A stretch of DNA of 62,669 bases, filler included, from Octopus bimaculoides (taxonomy: Eukaryota): NCBI RefSeq assembly GCF_001194135.2. It is 7 parts of 6 records of this genome, joined end to end, with 100 filler letters (N's around TTAATTAATTAA, not from the genome) between each part and the next. Parts side by side here need not be neighbours in the genome. Positions count along the whole stretch, not along the records: positions 1 to 20,770 come from NC_068986.1; 6 more parts are not named here. The stretch is one strand, 5' to 3'. Numbering within the stretch: position 1 is the first letter of the stretch; each line of letters opens with the position of its first letter. A program made the position numbers and the translations under genes. Under the pieces are notes generated by a model. The model saw nothing but the letters and a program-made list of their open reading frames with translations. It made no database searches and was not told the DNA's origin. Shown in pieces: positions 1-12,979 of this stretch.

Positions 1-159
1 ATATATATACATACGTATATTTGCGTTTATGCTGTTACAAAACATTTTTACATTAAATTGAAGGATTACCCACTACGTTTAATCCAGGACACATTTATTA
101 TTCTTTAACAAGCGTAGTATTGACAGTGACTTCGAATAAATGTAGCTATGAACGTATGC

Positions 160-345
160 TAAATGCATTTGCATGTGTGTGTGTGCGTGTGTGTGTGTGT
201 GTATTTGTTTGCGTGTGTGTCTGTGTGAATGTGTATGTGTGTGTGTGTGTACGTGTGTATATGTATACATATACACACGTACGTACATACAAGTGTATGT
301 ATATACGCGCACATAGATATGTATGTATATATTGGTATGCATGAC

Positions 346-376
<31 letters not shown>

Positions 377-1210
377 GTATTAATGGTGTGGTTAATGATA
401 ACGACGACGAGGACTTCAACGATGAGGATGTTGACACTGATGATAATGATAATGAATAATGAATAATGATGGTGGCGTTGGTGATGATTCTGACGAGAGG
501 AGGAGGAGGAGGAGGAGAAGCGATGGACAGAAGGAGGAGCAGCAGAAGGAGGAGTGTAATGCTGATGGTTGTGGTGATTGTTGATGTGAGGATGTGAAGT
601 AATGCTAACACGGGTGGAACAAATATGTGTCCGCGATTGTACTATGTTCATTTAATCCTGTTACAAACTGCGTATATAAATGTGTGTGTGAGTGTGAGTG
701 AGTGTGTGTGTGTTGTGTGTGTGTGTGTGTGTGTGTGTGTGAACGCGCAGACGCGTGTGTCTGTATACACGCACGCTTGTGTTCGTTGCACGTTAGCGGA
801 ATTACATGCGTTCATGGATGTGTATTTACATAAAATTGTGTGCGTTCGCGCACCTGCATACGCGCATCAGCATGTGTTTTGCGTATGTGGCCTTGTGTTT
901 GTACGTGTGAGTGTGTGCGTGTGTATGCGTGTGTGTGCGCGAGCACGCTTGAGCGTACTGTGTGAGTGTAAATGCACATTTCGCTTTATAAATGTGAATG
1001 TGAAGTGTGCGTTTGTTTGTGTGTATAGTTGCGTGTGAATCTGTTGTATCTACGCAAATTAGTATAACTTTATGCATTCGTAATTTAAGTTTGTGTGTAT
1101 GATCTTGCATGTTTTTGTGTAAGTACACGTGTGTGTATGCAAGTATTGTGTATGTACCTTCAACGTACACCAACATACACCCTCATGTGTGTGTGTGTAT
1201 ATATATGTGT

Positions 1211-1273
<63 letters not shown>

Positions 1274-1300
1274 TGTATATATATATATCATCCCCATCAT
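160..1300. repeat. Compound microsatellite / low-complexity block: (GT)n, (GAT)n at ~343-460, (GGA)n, (GATA)n at ~1211-1272
   Basis: Directly visible tandem di-, tri- and tetranucleotide runs; explains the His/Thr/Cys/Val-rich ORFs in the track. Confidence 0.95.
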
Positions 1301-1309
1301 CATCGCACC

Positions 1310-1468
1310 CAGTGTAGATGTGTGGTAGAAAGCTTGCTTCCCAACTACGTGACTCCGGGTTCAGTCTCACAACATGTCACCTTGGGCAAATGTCTTCCAC
1401 TATACCCTCGGGCTGACCAAAGCCTTGTGAGTTGATTTGGTAGACAGAAACTGAAAGAGGCCCATTGT
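1310..1468 (+). mobile_element. SINE family B, 5' half (tRNA-like head plus conserved middle domain)
   Basis: TGTGGTAGAAAGCTTGCTTCCCAAC...GGGTTCAGTC...CACCTTGGGCAAATGTCTT...GACAGAAACTGAAAGA matches the copies at 7660, 8415 and 59806. Confidence 0.85.
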
Positions 1469-1471
1469 ACA

Positions 1472-1595
<124 letters not shown>

Positions 1596-1597
1596 AT

Positions 1598-1986
1598 AGT
1601 GATGGCCAAGATGGACTTATTCTTTGTAAGCCTAGTACTTATTCTATCGGTTTCTTTTGCCGAACTGCTAAGTTACGGGGATGTAAACACACCAGCATCG
1701 TTTGTCAAGCGATGTTGGGGGGACAAACATAGACGCACAAGCATACACACACGCACACGCACGCACACGCACACACACACACATATACACACACATATAT
1801 ATACACACACATATATATATATATACACACACATATATACGACGAGCTTCTTTTAGTTTTTGTTTACTCACAAAGCTTTGGTCGGCTTGAGGCTATAGTT
1901 GACGACACTTGCCCAAGGTGCCACGCAGAGGGACTGAACCCAAAACCATGTTGTTGGTAAGCAAGCTATTTACCACTCCTGCGCCT
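1598..1986 (-). mobile_element. SINE family B, near full length, with central CA/TA microsatellite
   Basis: Reverse complement has the head (GGCGCAGGAGTGGTAAATAGCTTGCTTACCAAC), middle domain, SSR and 3' domain (CGCTTGACAAACGATGCTGGTGTGTTTAC...ATAGAATAAGTACTAGGCTTACAAAG). Confidence 0.85.
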
Positions 1987-2008
1987 ATATTAACTGTTTA
2001 GATCTTAA

Positions 2009-2285
2009 CCCATTACCTACCAGTGATCTCATATGAGATCACTTAAAAATTACAAATTTCGTAATTATCTGTCAATATTTACACATATCTAACCTTTTTG
2101 CTATATCTACTAGGTATATTTCTCTGATATTCAAATGAGGTTTGCTAATCTCGTATATTTTTATTTAAAATGTTATTTTGAAATGTTATTTTGATCATTC
2201 CAGCGTGTTTCTAAGGCTGTTTTATGCTAGAAATCAAAGTTTCATTAAAAAAATTCCAGTTAATAGAATTATGGCAGGTAATGGG
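2009..2285. mobile_element. piggyBac-type MITE (copy 1)
   Basis: TTAA|CCCATTACCT ... AGGTAATGGG|TCAA: 10-bp TIRs and a TTAA-like target; nearly identical to 12701-12979. Confidence 0.85.
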
Positions 2286-2394
2286 TCAATTATAAAAAAA
2301 ATGTGAAACCATTATTCTATGTTAATTTAGTTAATTGTAAAATATAATTTTAAACGTATAAAATGTTTTAAAAGAAATTTAAAGTGCCTACGTG

Positions 2395-2426
2395 ATAACT
2401 GTAAACCTACTTTTTGGGCCACCCTG
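2395..2426. mobile_element. Solo right TIR of the Tc1/mariner-type MITE seen at 14684
   Basis: ATAACTGTAAACCTACTTTTTGGGCCACCCTG|TA matches the right end at 14875-14905. Confidence 0.75.
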
Positions 2427-2439
2427 TACATAAATAGCT

Positions 2440-2476
<37 letters not shown>

Positions 2477-3013
2477 TCTCCCTCTCTCTCCCTCTCTCTT
2501 NNNNNNNNNNNNNNNNNNNNNNNNNNNNNNNNNNNNNNNNNNNNNNNNNNNNNNNNNNNNNNNNNNNNNNNNNNNNNNNNNNNNNNNNNNNNNNNNNNNN
2601 NNNNNNNNNNNNNNNNNNNNNNNNNNNNNNNNNNNNNNNNNNNNNNNNNNNNNNNNNNNNNNNNNNNNNNNNNNNNNNNNNNNNNNNNNNNNNNNNNNNN
2701 NNNNNNNNNNNNNNNNNNNNNNNNNNNNNNNNNNNNNNNNNNNNNNNNNNNNNNNNNNNNNNNNNNNNNNNNNNNNNNNNNNNNNNNNNNNNNNNNNNNN
2801 NNNNNNNNNNNNNNNNNNNNNNNNNNNNNNNNNNNNNNNNNNNNNNNNNNNNNNNNNNNNNNNNNNNNNNNNNNNNNNNNNNNNNNNNNNNNNNNNNNNN
2901 NNNNNNNNNNNNNNNNNNNNNNNNNNNNNNNNNNNNNNNNNNNNNNNNNNNNNNNNNNNNNNNNNNNNNNNNNNNNNNNNNNNNNNNNNNNNNNNNNNNN
3001 NNNNNNNNNNNNN

Positions 3014-3165
3014 GTTAAGTTCGTTCGAATCGGGTCGAGGTCGCCTTTGCTTTTCAACATATCGAGGTCGATAAAATATGTACCAGTTGACCACTGGAAT
3101 CGATTTAATCGTCTTAACTCCTCCCCGAAATTGCCGGCCTCGTGCCAAAACATTAGAAATCAATA
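3014..3165 (+). mobile_element. SINE family C (CORE-domain, OR2-like), 5' lost in gap
   Basis: GCTTTTCAAC...GGTCGATAAAATATGTACCAGTTGACCACTGG is the CORE-SINE-type motif shared with the other family C copies. Confidence 0.7.
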
Positions 3166-3177
3166 TTAATCATGGCG

Positions 3178-3390
3178 AAGGCTTACGAGCTGGCAGAACG
3201 TTTAACACGCCGGGCAAAATGCTAAGCGGCATTTTGTTCGCCTTTGCGTTCTGACTTCAAATGACGCCGGGGTTGACCTTTCTCTTTCATCCTTTTGGGG
3301 TGGATAAAATAAGAACGAATTGATGACCAGGGTAACATGTAACCGACTGACCATCTCTCCTGATATTGGTGGTCTTGAAACCAATAATAA
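3178..3390 (+). mobile_element. SINE family C copy
   Basis: GAGCTGGCAGAACG...CACGCCGGGCAAAATGC...TTCATCCTTTTGGGGTGGATAAAATAAG. Confidence 0.75.
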
Positions 3391-5125
3391 TGATGGTGTT
3401 AAGGTGGCAGCAGTGGTGGTGGTGGTAGTCGTCGTCGTAGTAAGTTGTGCTCTGCATAGACATGTCACCAAGGCTGTCCAACCGTGACCGTCACGTTTTT
3501 ATTTCCCACGTCATTCAATGTGTATCTTTATCGATGTATTCATTCATTATCTTTTTTTTTTCCTTTTCATTTTTCTTTTGAAGACAAGGTGAATTTGAGG
3601 GCGATTTGCCTGTTATGTCTAGCAGATGCTGTGAGCACATAGAGGTTTCCTTGTTGGCTCCTAGATGTTCTTTTGGTAGTGTTGTTGTTGTTGGTGGTGG
3701 TGGTGGTGGTGGTGCTGGTGGTGGTGGTGGTTGTGGTGTTGGTAGTGGTGGTGGCGGTNNNNNNNNNNTGGTGTCGGTAGCGGGAGTGGTGGAGGCCACA
3801 GTGGATAATATGAAGTAAAAAAAAAAAAAAAGTATAACCTCATCTTACATCAAAGAACATCTCTTATCTGAAGAGGATCGACTTCATTAAGGCTTTGATG
3901 ACGAGTTGGTCGTCACGTCACACACACGCACGCACACACACACACATACACACACACACCCACATACACACACAGTCACGCGCATACTCACTCACACTCA
4001 TTCACACGCGTCACATACACACGCATACATACATACACATTGACAAATGCACACATATACCTCAAACGCTCACATATATGCATTGAATTACACATGCGCA
4101 AACACGCCAAACAAGCCGTAAACGTACGCACGACCAATTACAAAGACACATACATATACATTTACATCCATATATGTATATACGCGTACGTGCATAAACA
4201 CATATATGCATACACACAAACACAACCATATACATATATATAAACAAATACGTGTGTGCGTATATATATATATATATATATATAGCGAGAGAGAAAGAGA
4301 GAGAGAGAGAGTGAGAGATAAATATATAAATATATATATGCATAAATATATATAGGTGTGTGTGCGTGTGTGTGCTTATGTATATATACACATTTATATG
4401 TGTATGTATGTATGTATGCATGTATGTATGAATGTAATCCTTTCCTTCCTTGGCTTTCGCCAAGCAACGCACGCACCACTTTGTCCTTCTCGGGTCCGTG
4501 CCTCATCGCGTTCTTACACACATAATTTTTCTCGTCTGGCCGTAAAGCCTTTTCTGTTTGTTTTCCTGTCTTGTTTTTTGTCCGCCACTACATTCCTCCA
4601 TGGCTAGATTTAATTTGCGTATACAAATTTAATCTGCGATCCATGGGACGAGCCGTTTTAGCGATGCGTCCTGCACAAGCTCGTCGAAACGCCGGTGTTA
4701 AAACGTGGGTAGCTGATGAAGGAGAACGTTCTCTATGTGGCTCGTGTGTTCTCGTCTACGTTTTGTTTGCAATGTCCTGTACCCAGATATGCACCTATAC
4801 ATACAGNNNNNNNNNNNNNNNNNNNNNNNNNNNNNNNNNNNNNNNNNNNNNNNNNNNNNNNNNNNNNNNNNNNNNNNNNNNNNNNNNNNNNNNNNNNNNN
4901 NNNNNNNNNNNNNNNNNNNNNNNNNNNNNNNNNNNNNNNNNNNNNNNNNNNNNNNNNNNNNNNNNNNNNNNNNNNNNNNNNNNNNNNNNNNNNNNNNNNN
5001 NNNNNNNNNNNNNNNNNNNNNNNNNNNNNNNNNNNNNNNNNNNNNNNNNNNNNNNNNNNNNNNNNNNNNNNNNNNNNNNNNNNNNNNNNNNNNNNNNNNN
5101 NNNNNNNNNNNNNNNNNNNNNNNNN

Positions 5126-5160
<35 letters not shown>

Positions 5161-5712
5161 CGTATACACACACTCACATTAACAAAGGTGCAAAGTACTA
5201 CGATCATGCATACACACATAAACACACGCACACATGCACGCACACAAACATAATACCCCTTCACGCACACATAAACACAAACACGCACCCAAACACAGAC
5301 ACACAGACACACAGACACACGCAAACACAAATACACACACAAATACACTCATGCACACACAGACACACGCTCACATGCACACAGATACTCATGAAATTTT
5401 TTGAATAAATATATAGAAACAGATATATACACACACACACATACACAAACATGAATTTAAATATTCCCACTTATGCACACATGTACAGCCATATATACTC
5501 ATACACACATTTATGTGAATGTATCTCTCTGTCTTTGTATGTGTGTGTGTGTGTGTGTGTATGTCTATCAATCTATCTATCTATCTATCCGTCCCCTCTG
5601 TGTTGAGCCCTGTGTGGTTAATAAAGAAACATATCTATCCATTCATCCATTCACTCATCCATCCATCCATCCATCCATCCATCCATTCATGTATCTAACT
5701 ATCTATCTATCT

Positions 5713-5778
5713 ATCTAGCCTCGGCCGACCGAAGCCCTGTGAGCGGATTTGGTAGACGGATACTGAAAGAAGTCTTTC

Positions 5779-5780
<2 letters not shown>
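5713..5780 (+). mobile_element. SINE family B middle-domain fragment
   Basis: TAGCCTCGGCCGACCGAAGCCCTGTGAGCGGATTTGGTAGACGGATACTGAAAGAAG followed by (TA)n. Confidence 0.75.
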
Positions 5781-5824
<44 letters not shown>

Positions 5825-5954
5825 GTATATGTATGTATATATATATATAAATGAGTGAAACAAAAATATATAAGAAAGAATAAAGGATATATATATACAC
5901 GTGTGTGTGTGTATGTGTGTGTGTGTGTGTATGTGTGTGTGTGAGTGTATGTGT

Positions 5955-6318
5955 GTTTGACCGCTACCACCGTTTGACTTTGTAAGTCTAGTACTTATTC
6001 TATCAGTCACTTTTCCTGAACCGCTAAGTTGCGGGGACGTAAATATAGCAACATCGGATGTCAAGCGGTGGTAGTGGACAAACAGCGATGCACAAATACA
6101 TTCATATAACATACACACATATGTGTGTGTGTGTATGTTATATATTTATGGGTTTCAGCCAAGTGGCTGCGGTCATGCTGGTGCACCACCATGAAACGGG
6201 CTTCTTCCAGTTTTCCGCCTACCAAATCCATTTGCCCAAGGTGCCATGCAGTGAGACTGAACCCGGAACCATGTGGTTGGGAAGAAATTTTCTTACCACA
6301 GAGCCACTCCTGCGCCTA
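5955..6318 (-). mobile_element. SINE family B, rearranged/composite copy
   Basis: 3' domain at ~5955-6090, 3' tail piece at ~6140-6200 and head at ~6210-6318, all in minus orientation. Confidence 0.7.
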
Positions 6319-7121
6319 TATACTAATTTCTATTCAATTTGTCACGTATAAAGTGCACCACGCTGTATCTTTATGTGCCTCTATGCGAACACTCGACCGG
6401 CGACAGATAGCTGCCAAATATCGGCAAAATCACAAAACAGTCTCTCTGTTCACGTTTTTTGTTTGAGCAAGGTATTTGAATTCACGTTACACTAGATTTC
6501 TCACCTGACAGATGTACTAGACGAGTGCTGATACAGCTCTCACTCTCTCTCATTCCTTCATATGTTGGACGTTACGCTTGCTCAAGACACGGGGAGGGGG
6601 TAGGTCGATACATATATCTAAATGGTCACCCAAAACAATAAGCGAAAATATAGTACATGCTTTTAAGCTATCCTTGGTTCTGAGGGTCAGGTGCGGTACA
6701 GTTTTATTTTGTTTCTTTCTAAGGTAGAAAACATTGCATAACGTAATCTTAACGCATGGTTTCGGGAGCAAATATGAAATAACCACTGGATGAAAGCTTT
6801 CTACCACAAAACTGGTTAATCAGAGTTAATTCGAGGTTCAACAACAGTATTAACATTTGCAACAAACACAGCATCAACTGCATACGAATTTATATCTGCA
6901 TACGAAATTATGAGTGAAAGAAAAAAAAAAACAAAAAAGAAAAAAAGAAAATCAAATAACGGAATGGTCCCAGCTGGAATTTCTTTGATCAAAGAAAGAA
7001 CTCTTTGAATGGTGTTGAGATGCGGATAGAAAAAAAAAAACAAAAAAAAAACGAAAATTAACACAATATCTACTATTACTTCTAATACTACCACGAGTAC
7101 TAAAACTACTACGATGAATGT

Positions 7122-7166
<45 letters not shown>

Positions 7167-7659
7167 CACTACTGCTACTACTACTACGCTGACCAAATTT
7201 ACAACGATGATTTCTCATCCAACTACTACTCCTGCTACTACCACTACTACATATAATATGGTGGCCTACTCTGGTCTCTAACGTTAATTACACAAAATGT
7301 CGTACTCTGACCAATGTCCACTGGTAGTGGTCATATCATATTTCGTAACAGTTCTTCTCTTTAATCTCTATATATGTTAACGGTCATTGGAGTGTAATGA
7401 TGTTCCGGTTATGTTATATATTAAAACAATGAGGCCGTTTGATGCAACAGTAATATTTCATTTGAGTAACGCACTCAAACTGGCAAACGCACGCACGCAC
7501 GCACGCACACACACACATATACGCGCGCACACAAGCACAAGCACAACGTGCATAAACGAATACAAACATTCATGTACACACACACACACGTACACAAACA
7601 TGCACATACACACACGTGTATATTTGAAACTAGTATATATAATGTATGTGAATATATAT

Positions 7660-7803
7660 AGGAGTAGCTTGCTTACCAACCACATGGTTCCGGGTTCATT
7701 CCCACTGCGTGGCACCTTGGGCAAGTGTCTTCTACTATAGCCTCGGGCCGACCAAAGCCTTGTGAGTGGATTTGGTAGACGGAAACTGAAAGAAGCCCGT
7801 TGT
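7660..7803 (+). mobile_element. SINE family B, 5' half (low divergence)
   Basis: GGAGTAGCTTGCTTACCAACCACATGGTTCCGGGTTC...GGCACCTTGGGCAAGTGTCTTCTACTATAGCCTCGGGCCGACC...GAAAGAAGCCCG then (TA)n and a gap. Confidence 0.9.
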
Positions 7804-7804
7804 A

Positions 7805-7849
<45 letters not shown>

Positions 7850-8344
7850 NNNNNNNNNNNNNNNNNNNNNNNNNNNNNNNNNNNNNNNNNNNNNNNNNNN
7901 NNNNNNNNNNNNNNNNNNNNNNNNNNNNNNNNNNNNNNNNNNNNNNNNNNNNNNNNNNNNNNNNNNNNNNNNNNNNNNNNNNNNNNNNNNNNNNNNNNNN
8001 NNNNNNNNNNNNNNNNNNNNNNNNNNNNNNNNNNNNNNNNNNNNNNNNNNNNNNNNNNNNNNNNNNNNNNNNNNNNNNNNNNNNNNNNNNNNNNNNNNNN
8101 NNNNNNNNNNNNNNNNNNNNNNNNNNNNNNNNNNNNNNNNNNNNNNNNNNNNNNNNNNNNNNNNNNNNNNNNNNNNNNNNNNNNNNNNNNNNNNNNNNNN
8201 NNNNNNNNNNNNNNNNNNNNNNNNNNNNNNNNNNNNNNNNNNNNNNNNNNNNNNNNNNTATATATAATATATATACATATATATATATATTATATATTCA
8301 CGACATATATATGTACATACGCACACACACGTAAAACCAGATAA

Positions 8345-8413
<69 letters not shown>

Positions 8414-8414
8414 C

Positions 8415-8585
8415 ATTGCCGCAGGCTTGGCTGCATGTTAAGAAATTTACTTTCCAATCACATGGTTCCCGGTATGAGTCCACTGCGTGGTACCATGGGC
8501 AAGTGTCTTCTACTAAAGCCTCAGGCTGACCAAACTCGTGTGAGTGGATTTGGTAGACGGAAGCCGAAAGAAGCCCGTCGTATGT
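8415..8585 (+). mobile_element. SINE family B, 5' half
   Basis: Same motif order as 7660-7803. Confidence 0.85.
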
Positions 8586-8779
8586 ACGGCACATTGATAA
8601 AAAGGAAAGATTACAAATTGTGGTAGCAGTTGCTTTGCTTATTTCTCAATTTATTCACTAAAGGGTATCATTCTGTATTCTGGGAATGCAATATGCAGTC
8701 TGCGCAGTGTGCATTCTGTCTTTTATACATACAACCACGTGCTTTCACATACCAACTCTCTCACCTATATCGGTACCAT

Positions 8780-8930
8780 TTTCCTCTTTCTCCGTTCTTC
8801 CATTCTCCGAACTTTCCATCTTTCCGACGAAGGGCTACGCCCGAAACGTCATACACTCTCTCTTTCCTTTCCTGAGCGTCCAATAATACTATCCATATCA
8901 CGTCCTCACTTTGTTGTTTTTTTTTGTTTT
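8780..8930 (+). mobile_element. Penelope-like terminal repeat fragment
   Basis: CCGACGA-AGGGC-TAC-GCCC-GAAA-CGTC resembles the CTGANGA...GAAACGTY motif of PLE pseudo-LTRs (inference). Confidence 0.45.
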
Positions 8931-9259
8931 TTTGTTATTGTTTATTTGAACTATATATATATATATATNNNNNNNNNNNNNNNNNNNNNNNNNNNNNNNN
9001 NNNNNNNNNNNNNNNNNNNNNNNNNNNNNNNNNNNNNNNNNNNNNNNNNNNNNNNNNNNNNNNNNNNNNNNNNNNNNNNNNNNNNNNNNNNNNNNNNNNN
9101 NNNNNNNNNNNNNNNNNNNNNNNNNNNNNNNNNNNNNNNNNNNNNNNNNNNNNNNNNNNNNNNNNNNNNNNNNNNNNNNNNNNNNNNNNNNNNNNNNNNN
9201 NNNNNNNNNNNNNNNNNNNNNNNNNNNNNNNNNNNNNNNNNNNNNNNNNNNNNNNNNNC

Positions 9260-9473
9260 AAAGGGCTACACATAGAGGGGACAAACAAGGACAGACAAAC
9301 GGATTAAGTCGATTATATCTACCCAAGTGCCTAACTGGTACTTATTTAATCGACCCATAAAGGATGAAATGCAAAGTCGACCTCGGCGGAATTTAAACTC
9401 AGAACGTAGCGGCAGACGAAACACCGCTGAGCATTTCGCCCGTCGTGCTAACGTTTCTGCCAGCTGCCGCCTT
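9260..9473 (-). mobile_element. SINE family C (CORE-domain, OR2-like)
   Basis: Reverse complement: AAAGGCGGCAGCTGGCAGAAACGTTAGCACG...GAGTTTAAATTCCGCCGAGGTCGACTTTGCATTTCATCCTTTATGGGTCGATTAAATAAGTACCAG. Confidence 0.9.
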
Positions 9474-10649
9474 TCACACATGCATATATGTGCATGTGTG
9501 TATGTATGTATGTACGTATGTATATGTGTGTGTATGTGTGTATGTAAGAATGGGTTAATTTTTCATTTATAAACTTAATTACGCTGCTTCCTGCAAGAAG
9601 AAATGTACAGAACTCAGATATGTATGAGCCCAAATATAAGGCCATATACTCTTTGAAATGCGGTAGCAACTGTAATATTGGAATTTTGTAATTATTGTAT
9701 TATCCTTTGAATGAAAAAAAGAGGATGGTCGCGAATAGAAGAACAGTAATTGCAGAAAAACTCCATTTATGCATCTGGGAATAGAAACGATAGCAGAAAA
9801 AGAACTCAATATATGTGCAAGAATTCGCTTAGGAAATCACCCCAGAATGGCCGCATCGAAAACACTGAAACAAGTAAATGATAACAGATATGAATACGTA
9901 AGTTATTCTGTATACACACTATAAACACTATGTATGTATGGCTTTAGGGGCATCGCATATGGCCGAGTTCTTTAACAGCGCTTAGAGAAACTGAAGGAGC
10001 GCTGCAATTAGTGTGTGAATCTGAGAGGAGAATACGTTGAATAAAATCATAATTATCTGATCCTGCTCTAGTTTCTTTTACCTAAAGCTAGGACCTTTTC
10101 AGCATCCCTCGTATATACCGTTGATCGAACTCACCATCCGTACATGTGGTTTGTTTATTTGGAAAGAAACTCACTCGCTTAGGCAATCACCGCGCGATTT
10201 GAACTAAGAGAAAGAGATTTCCATAATGTTTAGCATGTAGCCACTGCGTTGCTGTTTCTGCCGCGCCATTGCACGCGATTATGGAAAAATAATTAAAACA
10301 GTTAATTAAAATATTAACATAGTTATGAAGTTACAATAGTTAATTAAATAGTTAAAAGATAAAATGGTTAAAATATTAAAACTGGAATAAATAATTTAAT
10401 TAAAATATTTGAAAAAGTTCTAAAGTTAATGAAGCTACTTTATCAGAATGTGAATGTCAGATATTGTGACACATCGTATTCGTTTGTCTTTAACACCGAG
10501 TAAAATTGTCACGTGTACTCTGAATTAGGAGTTTAGCTTTAGAAGTACTCTTTATAGCCGTGATAATCATTGGCTTATAAAAATGGTATTGCAAACTAAT
10601 GAAAGAGTCTCTATAATTTCGTTCAGCTTGACTGAAATAGCAGTTAAAT

Positions 10650-11036
10650 GTTGTTGTTGGCACTCCGTCGCTTATGGCGTCGAGGGTTCCAGTTGATCCG
10701 ATCAACGGAACAGCCTGCTCATGAAATTAACGTGCAAGTGGCTGAGCACTCCACAGACACGTGTACCCTTAACGTTGTTCTCGTATATATTCAGCGTGAC
10801 ACAGTGTGACAAGGCTGGCCCTTTGAATTACAGGCACAACAGAAACAGGAAGTAAGAGTGAGAGAAAGTTGTGGTGGAAAAGTACAGCAGGGTTCGCCAC
10901 CATCCCCTGCCGGAGCCTCGTGGAGCTTTAGGTGTTTTCGCTCAATAAACATTCACAACGCCCGGCCTGGGAATCGAAACCGCGATCCTATGACCGCGAG
11001 TCCGCTGCCCTAACCACTGGGCCATTGCGCCTCCAC
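10650..11036 (-). mobile_element. SINE family A, full length (~385 bp), with 11-bp TSD
   Basis: tRNA-like head GGAGGCGCAATGGCCCAGTGGTTAGGGCAGCGG...GGTTTCGATTCC, (CAA)n tail, flanked by direct repeats AGCAGTTAAAT (10639-10649 and 11037-11047). Confidence 0.95.
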
Positions 11037-11559
11037 AGCAGTTAAATATCCCTCAAAAACACACCCTACCATCTATGAAGAAGACTCGTTGGATAACATG
11101 TTCTGAGTGTTCTCTGCTTGAAAGAAACATGCAGAATGGTCACGACTAGAATGTGTTTGATCATAGATCTTTTCAACCACAGATTACTTGGGGCTATATG
11201 ATATCTACTATTAACAATAACGACAACCAGATTATAAGTATTAACGACACCATCAGTCTACGAGTGAGCTGTCACTCATCCGGCTAAAAATAGCAACCAA
11301 ATTTCCCTCAAATAATGCCTCTACTGTTTCAAAACAAAATGTGTGGCGGGTACATTGAATAAAGTAGTTACATTATTTTTTAACGTAGACGGAGTGTTTG
11401 TGGCTAGAATACCAACGATCACAAATCTGTTTTCTACAGACTCACCGATGGTGAAACAACTCTCGTCATTCAAAACCAGGGATATCTAGATTTTGTAAGA
11501 ATATTATCTGGGCCCACAAAGTTTTAACATAGTACAAGGTCTTTTCGAGGGATGAACAC

Positions 11560-11710
11560 AGCTGATTCAATCAGTACTTGACTGGTACATTATTTTATTG
11601 GTCCCCACCTCTAGAACTATAAAAGCATTATCGTAAAATTGGTGTCGATAGCATTTGAGCTCAGAATATACAATGCCGTAACTAAATACAGCTCTAGCGC
11701 TTCTGCCAAT
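11560..11710 (-). mobile_element. SINE family C, decayed
   Basis: ACTGGTACATTATTTTATTG...ATTTGAGCTCAG...TTCTGCCA resembles the reverse complement of the CORE and head. Confidence 0.5.
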
Positions 11711-11869
11711 ATAATGTTGGTCAAAAGTATTACTTCCAAACTCTCTTGTCCATGTATTGAACATTGTATTTGTGTCGTTTATGTAAGAAGATATTTCATT
11801 TGAGGCAGTTTACCTGCTATTTCTAGCTGGTAGAACGACCATATAGATGCTCATACACTGCTCTCACAT

Positions 11870-12000
11870 TTCGGGGCAAGAATAAGGTTAGTCGATTAAA
11901 TTGACCCTGAAGGGATAAAAAGCAGAGTCGATCCCGGTTGGATTTCAGCTAAAAACTTGAGGAGCCTTGACAAATACCGCAAGTCGCCTTGACGATTCTG
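11870..12000 (-). mobile_element. SINE family C, decayed and internally deleted
   Basis: AGTCGATTAAATTGACCC...GGGATAAAAAGCAGAGTCGA. Confidence 0.45.
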
Positions 12001-12204
12001 CTAGTATGAAACGGATATTCAATACTACAAAGTGACAATTGTCAACGAATAACAATTGGTTTGTTGGATGAACCACTATCGGTGAAACCATGAATTCACA
12101 GCCACGCTTCATTTCGTTCAAGTAAAATATTTAAACCCGACATTTCAAACGGGTCCTTTATCAGTTAGCGTACTCTGTTGTTTTATGATTTCTTATAAAC
12201 AGCT

Positions 12205-12286
<82 letters not shown>

Positions 12287-12700
12287 GCTCTGGGTGGGAG
12301 AAAGAATCGATTGGAGCACTTGGCTGGTGTATCAATACTAAACATCTGTTGAACTGACAGATTAGTTTCAATGATACATGGGTAGAATCACTCGGAAATA
12401 AATTTTAAGCAGTCATGGTCATGTGGTTAAGAATATTACTTCGCAAGCAACCAAGTGATAGCGTGGTCGATTCCACCACTGCACAACCCTTATAGAATAC
12501 ACATCTGGGTCATGGTGTACCACAGTGTGATTGAACCTGAAATTATATGGTTGAGAAACGAACTGCCTAACCATATGACCAAATGTTAAACTTTACATGA
12601 CATGTTTAGTGTAAAGAGCAACTTTAAATGAAGTAGAATTGGCTTATCTCATTGTAAGCTTGCAGTAGTTTTTTCTCTTTCCTCTTTTCTTTTTCTTTAA

Positions 12701-12979
12701 CCCATTACCTACTGGTGATCTCATATGAGATCACTTAAAAATTACAAATTTCGTAATTATCTGTCAATATTTACACATATCTAACCTTTTTCCTATATCT
12801 ACTAGGTATATTTCTCTGATATTCAAATGAGGTTTGCTAATTTTTCACCCAATATCTCGCTTATTTCTATTTAAAATGTTATTTTGATCATTCCAGCGTG
12901 TTTCTAAGGCCGTTTTATGCTAGAAATCAAAGTTTCATAAAAAAAAAATCCAGTTAATAGAATTATGGGAGGTAATGGG
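12701..12979. mobile_element. piggyBac-type MITE (copy 2)
   Basis: TTAA|CCCATTACCT ... AGGTAATGGG|TTAA with a perfect TTAA duplication. Confidence 0.9.

Noticed and set aside
4710-4765. Hammerhead at CTGATGA-AGGAGAAC...GTTCTC
   Set aside because: The GAAA after stem II is missing; too degenerate to call.
6330-6480. 5' UTR exon with donor AGCAAG|GTATTT
   Set aside because: No promoter motif cluster or partner exon; insufficient evidence.
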